Source: Dehalococcoidia bacterium
Lineage (GTDB): Bacteria; Chloroflexota; Dehalococcoidia; Lucifugimonadales; G963668185
Assembly (NCBI GenBank): GCA_965116985.1
Contig: OZ220745.1
Coordinates: 2,691,092 to 2,755,091 of the forward strand
Length of the DNA: 64,000 nucleotides
Direction: 5' to 3'
A program made the position numbers and the translations under genes. The notes under the pieces are model-generated. The model was not told the origin of the DNA and did no database searches. It saw nothing but the letters and a program-made list of their open reading frames with translations. Shown in pieces: positions 37,566-47,161 of the stretch; position 1 is the first letter of the stretch; each line of letters begins with the position of its first letter.

Positions 37566-38114
37566 GTGAACGACGACGAAGCCATCGGGCAGTGCAAGGA
37601 AGGCCATCGCGACGCCTTCCGCCACCTGGTGGAACGATACAAGGACGTGCTGTTCGGCACTGCGGTGCTGATGACGGGCAATCGCGCCGTTTCCGAGGAG
37701 ATTGTGCAGGAGGCGCTGCTTTCGGCCTGGCGCGGGATCGGAGGGTTCAAGAGCGGCCGGCCCTTCAAGCCCTGGGTTGTGCGCATTCTGGTCAACGAGG
37801 TTTTGGCACGGCAGCGAAGGAAGGCAGTTCCGACTGTGCCGATCTCCGACACGGAGCTCGCCGCCGTCTCGTCTGAAGACGGAGAGCCGGAAGACTTCGA
37901 GAGCAGGGCACTTGTAAGGCAGGCGATTTCCGATCTTGTACCAGAACAGAAGCAGGTTGTTGTGCTCAGGTACTTTGCCGAGTTGTCCGTGCCCGAGGTG
38001 GCGAGAGCGATAGGCGTGAGAGAAGGGACTGTCAAGTCGCGATTGCACCGGGCGCTCGCTCGACTGCGGGAGAGCCTGGGGGAGGCCGGGAAGGAGGTTG
38101 TCTGTCATGCGTAG
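37566..38114 (+). CDS. ECF-type RNA polymerase sigma-70 factor
   Basis: Region 2 VQEALLSAWRGIGGF. Region 4 QKQVVVLRYFAELSVPEVARAIGVREGTVKSRLHRA. GTG start. Confidence 0.9.
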   Translation: MNDDEAIGQCKEGHRDAFRHLVERYKDVLFGTAVLMTGNRAVSEEIVQEALLSAWRGIGGFKSGRPFKPWVVRILVNEVLARQRRKAVPTVPISDTELAAVSSEDGEPEDFESRALVRQAISDLVPEQKQVVVLRYFAELSVPEVARAIGVREGTVKSRLHRALARLRESLGEAGKEVVCHA

Positions 38115-40161
38115 GGAAGATTCCGGCGACAGCGAAATCGAGCGAGTCCTGCACGGACACTTCAGAGCGGAGGCCTCTGGGCTGCGAATGCCACGGGACC
38201 CCTGGACCTGGCTGGAGCGTCGATTAGACCCCGACTATGAGCCTTCGTTGACCGGAGGGTGGTTGGGGGTCAGACTTGGCCGATTAAGATTGACCCCAAG
38301 GGCACTGGGGGCATTGGCGCTGACTAGTTGCGTTGCAGCCTTTGTCGTCGGTGTGTTTTGGGTTTCCTCGAATACAACAGACTACGGGAGCGTTGCGGGC
38401 CCTGCAGGGCCCGCCGGACCTAGTGTTCAATCATCCCCAGAGACCACGGCGTCGAGTGCAGGGCTTACCGCGGAGGAAGTAGACGCGATGATCGCCGAGG
38501 CGGTCGCTGAATCAAGCGACATGCTCTCCGATCAGTTGGCCATGATGGAAAACGGGACGTTGGAAGAAGAAATGGAGGCCATGACGGAGGAGGCGATGGC
38601 TTCGGCCGAAGACACGATTGTCATGGAGGCGATGCCCGAACCTGTGGATGAAGAAGTCTTGATGGAGCCTTCGGCGGAGCCGACCGCCGTAGCGGCGGTC
38701 CCGAGTGTGACTACCAAGGCGGAATCGGTCCAGCCCGCGGACACGACGTTCCAGGACACCACGCGGCAGCCGTCCGTGTCCACGTGGGAGGACAATGTTT
38801 CGACGTTCAGCCTGGATACGGACCGAACGTCGTACCACCTTGCGCTGAATTGGGCCCGGTCGGGTTACGAGGTGGACCCGGACTCGGTGCGTGCCGAGGA
38901 GTGGATAAACGCGTTCGATTACCAGTACGAGCCTCCGCTCCGGAATGACAGCTTTGCCATATCCACGGACGTCGTCGCTCACCCGCTCGATGGCGGCAAG
39001 CACCTGGCCCGCATCGCATTCCAGGCGCCCGCGTTGTCGGAGGACACCCCTGTTAACGTGACGCTGGTGTTGGACGCTTCCGGCTCGATGGCTGACGGCG
39101 ACCGCGTCAGCATTGCGAGGGAGGCCGCGGAGACCATTAGACTGAGCCTGCGGAACCGGGACCGAATCGCGGTTGTCCACTTCACCACGAATGTTATCGA
39201 CGCCTTGACTGTCGAGCATAACGTCCCGGACTCCCGCGAAGTGCGACGGTCAATTGAACGGCTCGAGCCGCACAACTCGACGAATGTGCAGGCAGGCCTG
39301 GACCTGGGCGTCCGGCTGGCCGACCGCGCGCGGCGTAAACGGCCGGACGCGCACAACTACATCATCCTGATGTCGGACGGGGTGGCGAACGTGGACGCGA
39401 CCGACCCGTTTGCGATTCTCGAATCTGTCGGCGACGACTACCGGGAGAACCCGTTGAGGCTGATCACGATCGGGGTCGGTATCGAGAACTACAATGACTA
39501 TCTGCTCGAGCAGTTGGCGCAGCATGGGAACGGCTGGTACCGGTACCTGAGTACGGAGGCGCAGGCCCGAGCGACGTTCGCCCGCGGCAATTGGCTTGCG
39601 CTGTCAGCACCGTTCGCGGACCAGACGAGGGCGCAGGTTGCCTGGGACCCCAACATGGTTGAGACGTGGCGGCTGATCGGATACGAGAACCGGGTGACTT
39701 CCGACCAGTCGTTTACCCAGGCTCGGAGGGAGTTCGCCGAGATTCCGGCAGGCGCGGCAACCACGGTGTTCTACGAGCTGGAGTTGACAGACCGCGGGGA
39801 GTGGACGGGGGCCAAGCTGGGTGATGTCGAGGTCCGGTGGGTCACGCCGTTGACGGGCGATTCGAACCGCCAGCATGCCGCGATTCAGGACCCGCAGTAC
39901 TCCGGCGCCGACCCGCTGGAAGATGCGCTGCTGGACTTCGGAGCGATCGTCGCGCTGACGTCCGACCTGTACAGCGCCCTGCCGTACGCGGGCTATCCAG
40001 ATGCTCAGTTGGAAAGGGACATAATTCTGCTACGGGACGAGCTGCAGCTTCTGGAGGGCCCGCTAGGCGACCTGCCGGCCTTCCGGGACTTCAGGTTCCT
40101 GATCAAGCACATCACGCGAAACTTCGCAGACAGTTCGGAGCCGACCGGATACAGCCAGTAG
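38107..40161 (+). CDS. membrane-anchored anti-sigma-like protein fused to a von Willebrand factor A domain (YfbK-like)
   Basis: ATG 38107 lies 9 nt after AAGGAGG and overlaps the sigma gene stop by 8 nt. One TM segment (ALALTSCVAAFVVGVFWV), an acidic Met/Glu-rich linker, then VSTFSLDTDRTSY...VNVTLVLDASGSM...ILMSDGVAN. Confidence 0.8.
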   Translation: MRREDSGDSEIERVLHGHFRAEASGLRMPRDPWTWLERRLDPDYEPSLTGGWLGVRLGRLRLTPRALGALALTSCVAAFVVGVFWVSSNTTDYGSVAGPAGPAGPSVQSSPETTASSAGLTAEEVDAMIAEAVAESSDMLSDQLAMMENGTLEEEMEAMTEEAMASAEDTIVMEAMPEPVDEEVLMEPSAEPTAVAAVPSVTTKAESVQPADTTFQDTTRQPSVSTWEDNVSTFSLDTDRTSYHLALNWARSGYEVDPDSVRAEEWINAFDYQYEPPLRNDSFAISTDVVAHPLDGGKHLARIAFQAPALSEDTPVNVTLVLDASGSMADGDRVSIAREAAETIRLSLRNRDRIAVVHFTTNVIDALTVEHNVPDSREVRRSIERLEPHNSTNVQAGLDLGVRLADRARRKRPDAHNYIILMSDGVANVDATDPFAILESVGDDYRENPLRLITIGVGIENYNDYLLEQLAQHGNGWYRYLSTEAQARATFARGNWLALSAPFADQTRAQVAWDPNMVETWRLIGYENRVTSDQSFTQARREFAEIPAGAATTVFYELELTDRGEWTGAKLGDVEVRWVTPLTGDSNRQHAAIQDPQYSGADPLEDALLDFGAIVALTSDLYSALPYAGYPDAQLERDIILLRDELQLLEGPLGDLPAFRDFRFLIKHITRNFADSSEPTGYSQ

Positions 40162-40209
40162 GCGGGCCGGTGTGGAGGGCGAGGTACGTTCTTGGAAGGG
40201 AACGGGAGC

Positions 40210-40233
40210 GGGCCGTTCGCGAACGGTCCCTAC
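40210..40233. repeat. solo palindromic module B between convergent genes
   Basis: GGGCCGTTCGCGAACGGtCCCTAC. Confidence 0.8.
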
Positions 40234-40298
40234 CCAGAATTGGTATGTCACCATCGCTCCTGCGGTTTCGGCTGAGGCTGGAGAAGAAGAACGTAAGG

Positions 40299-41906
40299 CT
40301 ATGGCGTGAAGGTGCGGTAGTAGTCGAAGTTGTAGAGGTTGGCTCGGAGGGCTTTGCCGTCGACTATTGCGCCGAAGTGGACGCGCTCTGGGGACTCGGG
40401 GTCTGAGCCGACGCGGAAGCTGCCGTCTTCCGCGGGCGCGAGGCGGGAGCCGGGCGTGCCGGGGAGGGCGAGCGTCAGGCGGCCCTTTCGCACGAAGACG
40501 CGGAAGTTGGTGTACCAGGGGTTGTGAGACCTGTAGTGGCCAGTGAATGCGTCCCACTCTTGTGGCGTGTCGAACTCCGTTGGGCCGTCGTAGCTTTCGG
40601 TGACGAACCAGTCCGAGCCGTGGAAGGCCTCGACGACCTCGCCTTCGTTTCGCGTGAAGGTCAGCAGGTGGAGGCGGAAGTCGGGATGGTCGGCGTGGAA
40701 GCGGTCGCGGCCGCGGAGTTCCAGCGTGGCGCTGCCACCGGCCGCACGGAGTTCGAGGGCAGAGCCGTTGGCCGCGATGCTGAAGGTGCCGTTTTCGCTG
40801 GAGTACTCGCCAACGTAGTCGGCGGCATTGGGGACGTGACTGGGATCAGGCAGTTCGGCGACCGGGTCCGGAGTTTCGCCAATGCCGTTTGCGGCGCGCA
40901 GGGCGCGCAGCGCAAAGTCGGCCACCTCGGTGGGCTCCAGTGTGCCGTTGGTGAGCACGGTTACGCCGATGCCGTTGTCCAGATCCGCCATCATGGTCGC
41001 GTGGTGGCCGAGCATGAGGCCGCCGTGGTCGACGTGACGGAAGCCGTGCCTATCGCTGACGTTCAGTCCGTAGCCGTACCAAGTATCCCGTACGTATCCG
41101 ACCGGAATATGTCTGCCGGTCATCAGGTCGAAGCTGGAGGATGATATGAGGGAGCCTCCTCCGTTGAGGAGCAGGCGGACGTACGCGGCCATGTCGGCAG
41201 CGGTCGAGGCGATGCTGCCGTCGCCCGAGCCGTACTCGTGCCAAGGGGCTGGAACTACGGGATTGCCCGGCGGGGAAGGACGGTCGTCGTAGCGGGGCCA
41301 GTAGCCCTGGGCCATGAGGTCGTGCGTGTCGAACGTGGTCACGGGGTGGGTATCGGCCATGGCGAGAGGGTCCAGTATGCGGGACTGGACGTTGGCGGCG
41401 TAGCCGACGCCTGTGACCGTCTCGAGCAGGTGGCCGAGGGCCTTGTAGCCGACGTTGGAGTAGTTGAACCGGTTGCCGGGCGGGCCGCCGGTTACAGCTT
41501 TCCGAAGAGCCCAGACCTCGTACTGGCCGTAGGGGGCGTAATCGCCGCCGCGCGTGATGCCTGCGGAGTGGGTAAGTAGGTGGTGGACCGTGATTGGGTC
41601 GTGCCCCGTGCAGACTTCGAACCAGGGGAGGTAATCGGCAGCCGGTCGATGCAGGTCCAGATTGCCGGCTTCCGCTAGCTGGAGCAGGCAGAGCGCGGTG
41701 AATGACTTACCGATGGAGCCGGCCTCGAAGAGGGTCCCGGCGCCGATGGGCTCACGGCGTTCCAGGTTAGAGAAGCCGAGGTGCATGACGCGGAGCGTCT
41801 GATCGCGGTCGGTGATTGACATGGACAGGCCGGGCACGTTGTGGAGCGACATCCAGCGCTCTGCGAAGCGGTCGATCTGGGTGTGCGCGTGGGTGACGTC
41901 CGGCAT
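40299..41906 (-). CDS. serine hydrolase, beta-lactamase/PBP (class C-like) family with a C-terminal extension
   Basis: SxxK motif GSIGKSFT, YxN motif NYSNVGY. GGAGG precedes ATG 41906. Confidence 0.85.
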   Translation of the reverse strand: MPDVTHAHTQIDRFAERWMSLHNVPGLSMSITDRDQTLRVMHLGFSNLERREPIGAGTLFEAGSIGKSFTALCLLQLAEAGNLDLHRPAADYLPWFEVCTGHDPITVHHLLTHSAGITRGGDYAPYGQYEVWALRKAVTGGPPGNRFNYSNVGYKALGHLLETVTGVGYAANVQSRILDPLAMADTHPVTTFDTHDLMAQGYWPRYDDRPSPPGNPVVPAPWHEYGSGDGSIASTAADMAAYVRLLLNGGGSLISSSSFDLMTGRHIPVGYVRDTWYGYGLNVSDRHGFRHVDHGGLMLGHHATMMADLDNGIGVTVLTNGTLEPTEVADFALRALRAANGIGETPDPVAELPDPSHVPNAADYVGEYSSENGTFSIAANGSALELRAAGGSATLELRGRDRFHADHPDFRLHLLTFTRNEGEVVEAFHGSDWFVTESYDGPTEFDTPQEWDAFTGHYRSHNPWYTNFRVFVRKGRLTLALPGTPGSRLAPAEDGSFRVGSDPESPERVHFGAIVDGKALRANLYNFDYYRTFTP

Positions 41907-42087
41907 GGGGTCCTCCGTGTCTGTCGTGGTGCGGCCATGCTATCGCGCGGATGGGGGTTGGGGAAGGTTGCGGAGGGGGGCATCGTGTGCAAGACTGGAA
42001 TCCGAACGGTGAGCCGCGCCCGTAGCTACGTCACCGTTTCGCGCAAGTTTGCCGTTCCCCCTCTTTCACAGCTTGGAGAACCCACAT

Positions 42088-43494
42088 ATGCCGAAGGAAA
42101 ACGGCCGAAGGCCAGAGACTATAGGTCAGCTTCGTGAGAGCGGTTACCGGGTGGTGACCGTGAAGGAGGAGATGCGCCGGAACCTGATCGCGAGGATCGA
42201 GTCGGGGGACGAGCTGTTTCCGGGGATCGTCGGGTTCGATGACTCGGTCATCCCGCAACTGGTGAACGCGCTGCTGGCGGGCCAGGACATCATCCTGCTT
42301 GGAGAGCGGGGTCAGGCGAAGTCGAGGCTGATCAGGTCTCTCGTTACGCTTCTGGATGACGAGATCCCGATGATGGCCGGCTGCGAGATTAACGACAACC
42401 CGTTTGAGCCGATATGCGTGCCGTGCGTAGAGCTGGCGCGGGTGCAGGGCGACGACGCGGGCATCGAGTGGCTGCCCAGGGAGCGGCGGTACGCGGAGAA
42501 GCTGTCTACGCCGGACATCACGGTGGCAGACCTGATCGGGGAGATCGACCCGATCAAGGTGGCGGAAGGACGATACCTTTCGGACGAGACGGCGATCCAC
42601 TTTGGGCTGGTGCCGCGGACGAACCGGGGAATCTTCTCCATCAACGAGCTGCCGGACCTGGCGGAGCGGATACAGGTTGCGCTGTTCAACCTGATGCAGG
42701 AGCGCGACATCCAGATCAAGGGGTACAGGGTGCCGCTGCCGATCGACGTCTTTCTCATTGCGAGCGCGAACCCGGAGGACTACACGAACAGGGGCAGGAT
42801 CGTGACCCCGCTGAAGGACCGGTACGGCGCGCAGATCCGCACGCACTACCCGGCGACGCATGCGGACGAGATCGCGATCGTGGAGCAGGAGTACTCTCGG
42901 TTCGACGACACGTGCGAGCGCGTGCGGATGCCGGAATACATGAAGCAGGTGGTGGCGGAATTCACGTCGCTGGCTCGGCGGAGCCCTGAGATCGACCAGC
43001 GATCGGGCGTGAGCCTGCGGGTGTCGATCGCGAACTACGAGACGCTGCTGAGCAGCGCGTTCGTGCGGGCGCTGCGGCACGGCGAGGACGCCTGCCCACG
43101 GGCGAGCGACCTGCCGGGGCTGTTCGCTTCGACGGCGGGCAAGATCGAGCTTGAGACGGTTGAGGAGGGGATGGAGGCGAAGGTCATCGACAACCTGCTC
43201 AAGAGGGCGGTGCTGAACGTGTTTGGGAACTACTTCAGCGCGTCGGAGTTCGACGAACACCTGGAGCGTTTCGACGAGGGGCTGGTGGTGGAGACGGGCG
43301 CGGAGGTGGAGTCGGAGGCGTACGCGGGCGCCGCGGGGGAACTGGATGAGTTCGGCGAACTGCTGAAGCGCATCGAGCCTTCGGACGAGCCGGCCGCGGT
43401 CGCCTCGGCGATGGACTTCGTGCTGGAGGGGCTGCACCTCAATCGGAAGCTGAACCGCCACCTGGTGGACGGGATCAACGTGTACTCAAGATGA
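42088..43494 (+). CDS. AAA+ ATPase, Mg-chelatase ChlI-like / sigma-54-interaction-domain family
   Basis: IVGFDDSVIPQLVNALLAGQDIILLGERGQAKS, NRGIFSINELPDL, FLIASANPEDYTNRGRIVTPLKDRYG. GGAGA precedes ATG 42088. Confidence 0.8.
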   Translation: MPKENGRRPETIGQLRESGYRVVTVKEEMRRNLIARIESGDELFPGIVGFDDSVIPQLVNALLAGQDIILLGERGQAKSRLIRSLVTLLDDEIPMMAGCEINDNPFEPICVPCVELARVQGDDAGIEWLPRERRYAEKLSTPDITVADLIGEIDPIKVAEGRYLSDETAIHFGLVPRTNRGIFSINELPDLAERIQVALFNLMQERDIQIKGYRVPLPIDVFLIASANPEDYTNRGRIVTPLKDRYGAQIRTHYPATHADEIAIVEQEYSRFDDTCERVRMPEYMKQVVAEFTSLARRSPEIDQRSGVSLRVSIANYETLLSSAFVRALRHGEDACPRASDLPGLFASTAGKIELETVEEGMEAKVIDNLLKRAVLNVFGNYFSASEFDEHLERFDEGLVVETGAEVESEAYAGAAGELDEFGELLKRIEPSDEPAAVASAMDFVLEGLHLNRKLNRHLVDGINVYSR

Positions 43495-43546
43495 GCGACA
43501 GGCAACAAACGAGCGGACTCAGACAAACAGATTCAAGGAGCGATTC

Positions 43547-43732
43547 ATGCCGATAGTCACTGTGCAGCTTTTTCCGGGCCGGACGAACGAGCAGAAGAGG
43601 GACATGGCGAAGGAGATCACCGAGGCGGTGGTGCGCATAGCGAAGACGACGCCGGAAGCGACGCACGTGATCTTCCAGGACGTTGACCAGAGCGACTGGG
43701 CGGAGGCGGGCACGCTGATGTCGGAGAAGTAG
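43547..43732 (+). CDS. 4-oxalocrotonate tautomerase family protein
   Basis: 61 aa, MPIVTVQLFPGRTNEQKRDMAKEITEAV with catalytic Pro after Met. Confidence 0.8.
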   Translation: MPIVTVQLFPGRTNEQKRDMAKEITEAVVRIAKTTPEATHVIFQDVDQSDWAEAGTLMSEK

Positions 43733-43759
43733 GGGGCGCTAGCTTGGCACTTCCCTGGT

Positions 43760-44194
43760 TCAATCGAGTGTCCAGGGATTGAGGACGTCTATTCCACAAT
43801 CGTGAAAGCCGCCTTCGTCCCTGGTGGCGACCGCGGCTCCTTCGGACCGCGCTATGGCGGCGATCTGACAGTCCGCGTAGCTGATTGGATTGCCGGCGGA
43901 GCGCCGGGCTGCGGCTATCGTTGCGTAGGCTGAGGCAGCCCGCCTGTCGAACGGCAGAATGCGCCCGGCGAAGTCTACGTTGAGCATCTCCTCAATCTCC
44001 GCTGTGAGCCTGTCGCGTCGACGACCCGCAGGCAGCAGTTCGGCGCCATATCGCAGCTCGGCCTCGCTGATCGTCGTCAAGTAAAGGGACGTGGCTGTCT
44101 GATTCATCACCCAATTGATGACGCTTGCGGCAGGTGAGGGCGCAATCAACTCCGAGACGACGTTTGTGTCCAAGACAATCATGATTGGCATCAT
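43760..44194 (-). CDS. vapC: type II toxin, PIN-domain ribonuclease VapC
   Basis: IVLDTNVVSEL...TISEAELRYG. ATGA overlap with the upstream antitoxin gene. Confidence 0.85.
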   Translation of the reverse strand: MMPIMIVLDTNVVSELIAPSPAASVINWVMNQTATSLYLTTISEAELRYGAELLPAGRRRDRLTAEIEEMLNVDFAGRILPFDRRAASAYATIAAARRSAGNPISYADCQIAAIARSEGAAVATRDEGGFHDCGIDVLNPWTLD

Positions 44195-44436
44195 TCAAAG
44201 CGGGGTGGTTCAGGTATAGGCTCTCGCGGCGGTAACTCAAGCTCCACGCCGCCATAGGGCTCGAATCTGTCACGAATCGCCCGGACGAGGTCTGCTCCCG
44301 TGGGAACCTCCTGTTCGAGTGCGGCCCTCAGTATGTCCCTGACTTCCTGCTCCATGGACTTCCCGTTCTCGGCGGCCCGTACGCGCAGGCGGCGCTTCAG
44401 GTTCTCGTCTATGTTGCGGACCGTGATGCTCGCCAT
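44191..44436 (-). CDS. vapB: type II antitoxin, ribbon-helix-helix (FitA/VapB-like)
   Basis: MASITVRNIDENLKRRLRVRAAENGKSMEQEVRDIL. Confidence 0.8.
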   Translation of the reverse strand: MASITVRNIDENLKRRLRVRAAENGKSMEQEVRDILRAALEQEVPTGADLVRAIRDRFEPYGGVELELPPREPIPEPPRFE

Positions 44437-44597
44437 GTCTGCTCCCTGCTTGTCTTTCTTGCGCGCGCATGCATTGATGGCAGTGCAATCATAGCAGATT
44501 GAGTCCAAATGAGGGAATTGCGGGCGTCCAATGTATCAGCAGGGCCTTTGCGAGATACTCTGATGGATTAGGAGGCTTGTGGACTGTGCAAGCCGAT

Positions 44598-45590
44598 ATG
44601 CCAGTCTATAGAAGAGACAAATCGAAGAATAAGCGGGGCAATCATTTGGAGAGACACCTTGAATCTGTAGCTGACGCTCCTATCCATGTAGTCACCGGCG
44701 CTTCCGGGTACACGGGGCGGTACATTGCGCGGCGGCTGCTGGACGGAGGAGCGCGGGTGCGGTCGCTTACGGGGCACGTGGACCGGCCGAGTCCTTTCGG
44801 TGGCGAGGTGCAGGCCTTTCCGTACAGGTTCGATGACCCGGACGCGATGGCGCACAGCCTCGAGGGCGCGGACACGTTGTTCAATACGTACTGGATACGT
44901 TTCGCGCGGGGCGTCCTGACTCACGATGTGGCGGCGCGCAACAGCAGGGCGCTGTTCGAGGCGGCGTCGAAGGCGGGCGTTCGGCGGATTGTGCACGTGA
45001 GCATCACCAACGCCTCAGTGGAGTCGCCGCTGCCGTACTTCCGGGGGAAGGCGCTGGTCGAGCGGGCGCTGCGGGAGTCGGGCGTGTCGTACGCGGTCCT
45101 CAGGCCGACGATCATCTTTGGGCGTGAGGATATCCTGCTGAACAACATCGCATGGGCGCTGCGACGGTTTCCGGTCCACCCGATACCGGGCAGGGGAGAC
45201 TACCCGGTGCAGCCGGTCTACGTGGAGGACCTTGCCGAGCTCGCGGTGAATCTGGGCGCGGCAAGCGATGACGTGGAACTGGACGCAGTCGGGCCGGACG
45301 TGATGAGCTACGAGAAGATGGTGAGGCTGATCGCGGACAAGGTTGGGTCTTCGGCGAGGCTGGTGCGGGTGCCGGCATGGCTGGCGCTGACGGGGGCGCG
45401 GATCGCTGGGCTAGCGGTGAGGGACGTTGTGCTGACGCGCGAGGAGGTGGACGGGCTTACGGCTGGGCTGCTGGTGTCGAGGTCGGGGGCGCGGCCTGCG
45501 GGCACGACGCGGCTGTCGGACTGGCTGGCCACGAACGCTGAGGCGCTGGGGACGCGGTACTCGAACGAGCTGGCGCGGCACTATCGGTAG
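44598..45590 (+). CDS. NAD(P)H-binding NmrA/atypical SDR family protein
   Basis: Rossmann VVTGASGYTGRYIARRLL. Start is uncertain (ATG 44598 or TTG 44646). Confidence 0.75.
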   Translation: MPVYRRDKSKNKRGNHLERHLESVADAPIHVVTGASGYTGRYIARRLLDGGARVRSLTGHVDRPSPFGGEVQAFPYRFDDPDAMAHSLEGADTLFNTYWIRFARGVLTHDVAARNSRALFEAASKAGVRRIVHVSITNASVESPLPYFRGKALVERALRESGVSYAVLRPTIIFGREDILLNNIAWALRRFPVHPIPGRGDYPVQPVYVEDLAELAVNLGAASDDVELDAVGPDVMSYEKMVRLIADKVGSSARLVRVPAWLALTGARIAGLAVRDVVLTREEVDGLTAGLLVSRSGARPAGTTRLSDWLATNAEALGTRYSNELARHYR

Positions 45591-45678
45591 GGGGTGGCAA
45601 GCGAGAGGCCTCTGTCTGCGTGACGCCATCGGACAGGTAGGGCTGAACGGCACTTGGGGCGAATGGCGGTCTGAGAGA

Positions 45679-45698
45679 GGCCCTTCGACAGGCTCAGG
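45679..45698. repeat. solo module A core (reverse orientation)
   Basis: GGCCCTTCGACAGGCTCAGG. Confidence 0.75.
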
Positions 45699-45771
45699 TG
45701 GAGTGGACTGCTGGCGAGGCCCCTAAGCTTGCGGAGGACCCTTCGGCGGGCTTATGGACAGCTGTCGGGAT

Positions 45772-45808
45772 GGTGGCAAGGGCAGGTCTCAAACCTGCCC
45801 TTGCCACC
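45772..45808. terminator. perfect 16-bp-stem hairpin between convergent genes, a candidate bidirectional terminator or repeat element
   Basis: GGTGGCAAGGGCAGGT-ctcaa-ACCTGCCCTTGCCACC. There are no flanking U/A tracts. Confidence 0.5.
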
Positions 45809-45831
45809 TGTTGTCTCGATGCTGGCTTGGC

Positions 45832-46938
45832 TTAGCTACGGCGGCGGCGAATTCTAAGGCGTTCGCCTTTGGGGTCGTAGCGGCGAGAGGCGGTTATGGC
45901 GGCCTCGCGCTCGCTGCCCTCGGTGGTAACGCTGGCCATTGTGCCCTCTTCGGCGAACTCGGCCTTGACCATGCCGAGCGCGATGTTGCCTCCAAGGAAA
46001 TAGCCCTGCGTGGCGACGGTCACGTTGCCGACCTCAACGCCGTCCACGAGTATCGGATCGCCGGGCTTGGCGACGTCATCGCCGTCGATGTCGAGGCCAA
46101 CAACGAGGCGCTCGGCGCCCTCCGCCTTGATGCGGGCTGCGGCATCCCTGCCGATGAAGTTGCGGTTCTGGAGTTTGACGAAGATGTCCAGCCGGCACTC
46201 GTACGGGTTGGAGCCCTTGTACTCGGAGCCTCCGATGAGGCCCTTCTCGACGCGCAGGCTGTTCATGGCCATGAGGCCCATGGGAATCACACCGTGGTCT
46301 TTGCCCGCCTCGAGAATCGCGTTCCAGACCTCGACGCCGTCTTCGGCGAGCGGGAACAGTTCGAATCCGTCCTCGCCGGTATAGCCGGCGCGGTCCACGT
46401 AGCAGGGGAAGCCGGCGACCGTGCACTGGGCGCCCCAGAAGAAGTACATCGTGGAGAGGTCTTCGTCCGTGATCGATTGCAGGACCTCTTCGGACTTCGG
46501 GCCCTGGAGCGCGATTGGGCCGGCATAGCCGGAGGATACGTCCGTGACCACGGCGTCCGCGATGGGCTCGAGCATCTTGAATCGGCCTACGATGTCAGGC
46601 CTGCTGGTGGGAAACGACTGGAAGTGTTCATCGTTGAGCTTGAGCAGAGTTCCGTCGTCAATGATCTGACCGTTGTGGTCAAGGATCGAGGTGTACATCA
46701 TCTGGTCGTCCTGCAGGCGCTTCGGGTCGTTCGCGCAGACCAGGTCGACGAGGGCTTCGGCGCCGCGACCCTTGATGTCGATGATGGGCATTGTGGACAG
46801 GTCCTGGAGCGCGGCGCCCTCGCGGGCGGCCATGTGTTCCGCCTCCTGGCCGGTGGGGTAGCTGAGCGCCCAGTTGCCGGTGGGGAGCATGGTGGCTCCG
46901 TTCTCAACGTGCCAGTAGTAGTAGGGCATTCGCTTCAT
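45832..46938 (-). CDS. aminomethyltransferase (glycine-cleavage T / GcvT family) folate-dependent enzyme
   Basis: DLSTMPIIDIKGRGA..., RAGYTGEDGFELF, NSLRVEKGL. The exact substrate cannot be assigned. Confidence 0.85.
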   Translation of the reverse strand: MKRMPYYYWHVENGATMLPTGNWALSYPTGQEAEHMAAREGAALQDLSTMPIIDIKGRGAEALVDLVCANDPKRLQDDQMMYTSILDHNGQIIDDGTLLKLNDEHFQSFPTSRPDIVGRFKMLEPIADAVVTDVSSGYAGPIALQGPKSEEVLQSITDEDLSTMYFFWGAQCTVAGFPCYVDRAGYTGEDGFELFPLAEDGVEVWNAILEAGKDHGVIPMGLMAMNSLRVEKGLIGGSEYKGSNPYECRLDIFVKLQNRNFIGRDAAARIKAEGAERLVVGLDIDGDDVAKPGDPILVDGVEVGNVTVATQGYFLGGNIALGMVKAEFAEEGTMASVTTEGSEREAAITASRRYDPKGERLRIRRRRS

Positions 46939-47161
46939 CGTTCGTTTCTCCTTCTGTGGCTTGGCAGTCTCTTGGTTGAATTGCGGCTACGGTCGACTTG
47001 GCGCTTTGCGCCGGATCCCCTCATTCCTTCGACAAGCTCAGGACAGGCTCTAACCTTATCCCACAAGGGTGGAAGGAACCGGAATTGCTCCTTTGACTAA
47101 CCTCATTGCAGTCAAGTTCAAAGTGACGTAGGGCACACGCTGTTGCTTTCGGATTGACTTG

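Noticed and set aside
37175-38035. 286-aa minus-strand ORF overlapping the ECF sigma gene and the long spacer
   Set aside because: It is antisense to a clear sigma-70 ECF gene. The Ser/Thr/Ala-rich translation has no motifs.
42031-43461. 476-aa ORF antisense to the AAA+ ATPase gene
   Set aside because: Arg-rich low-complexity translation. The plus strand has the conserved ChlI-like motifs and a good RBS.
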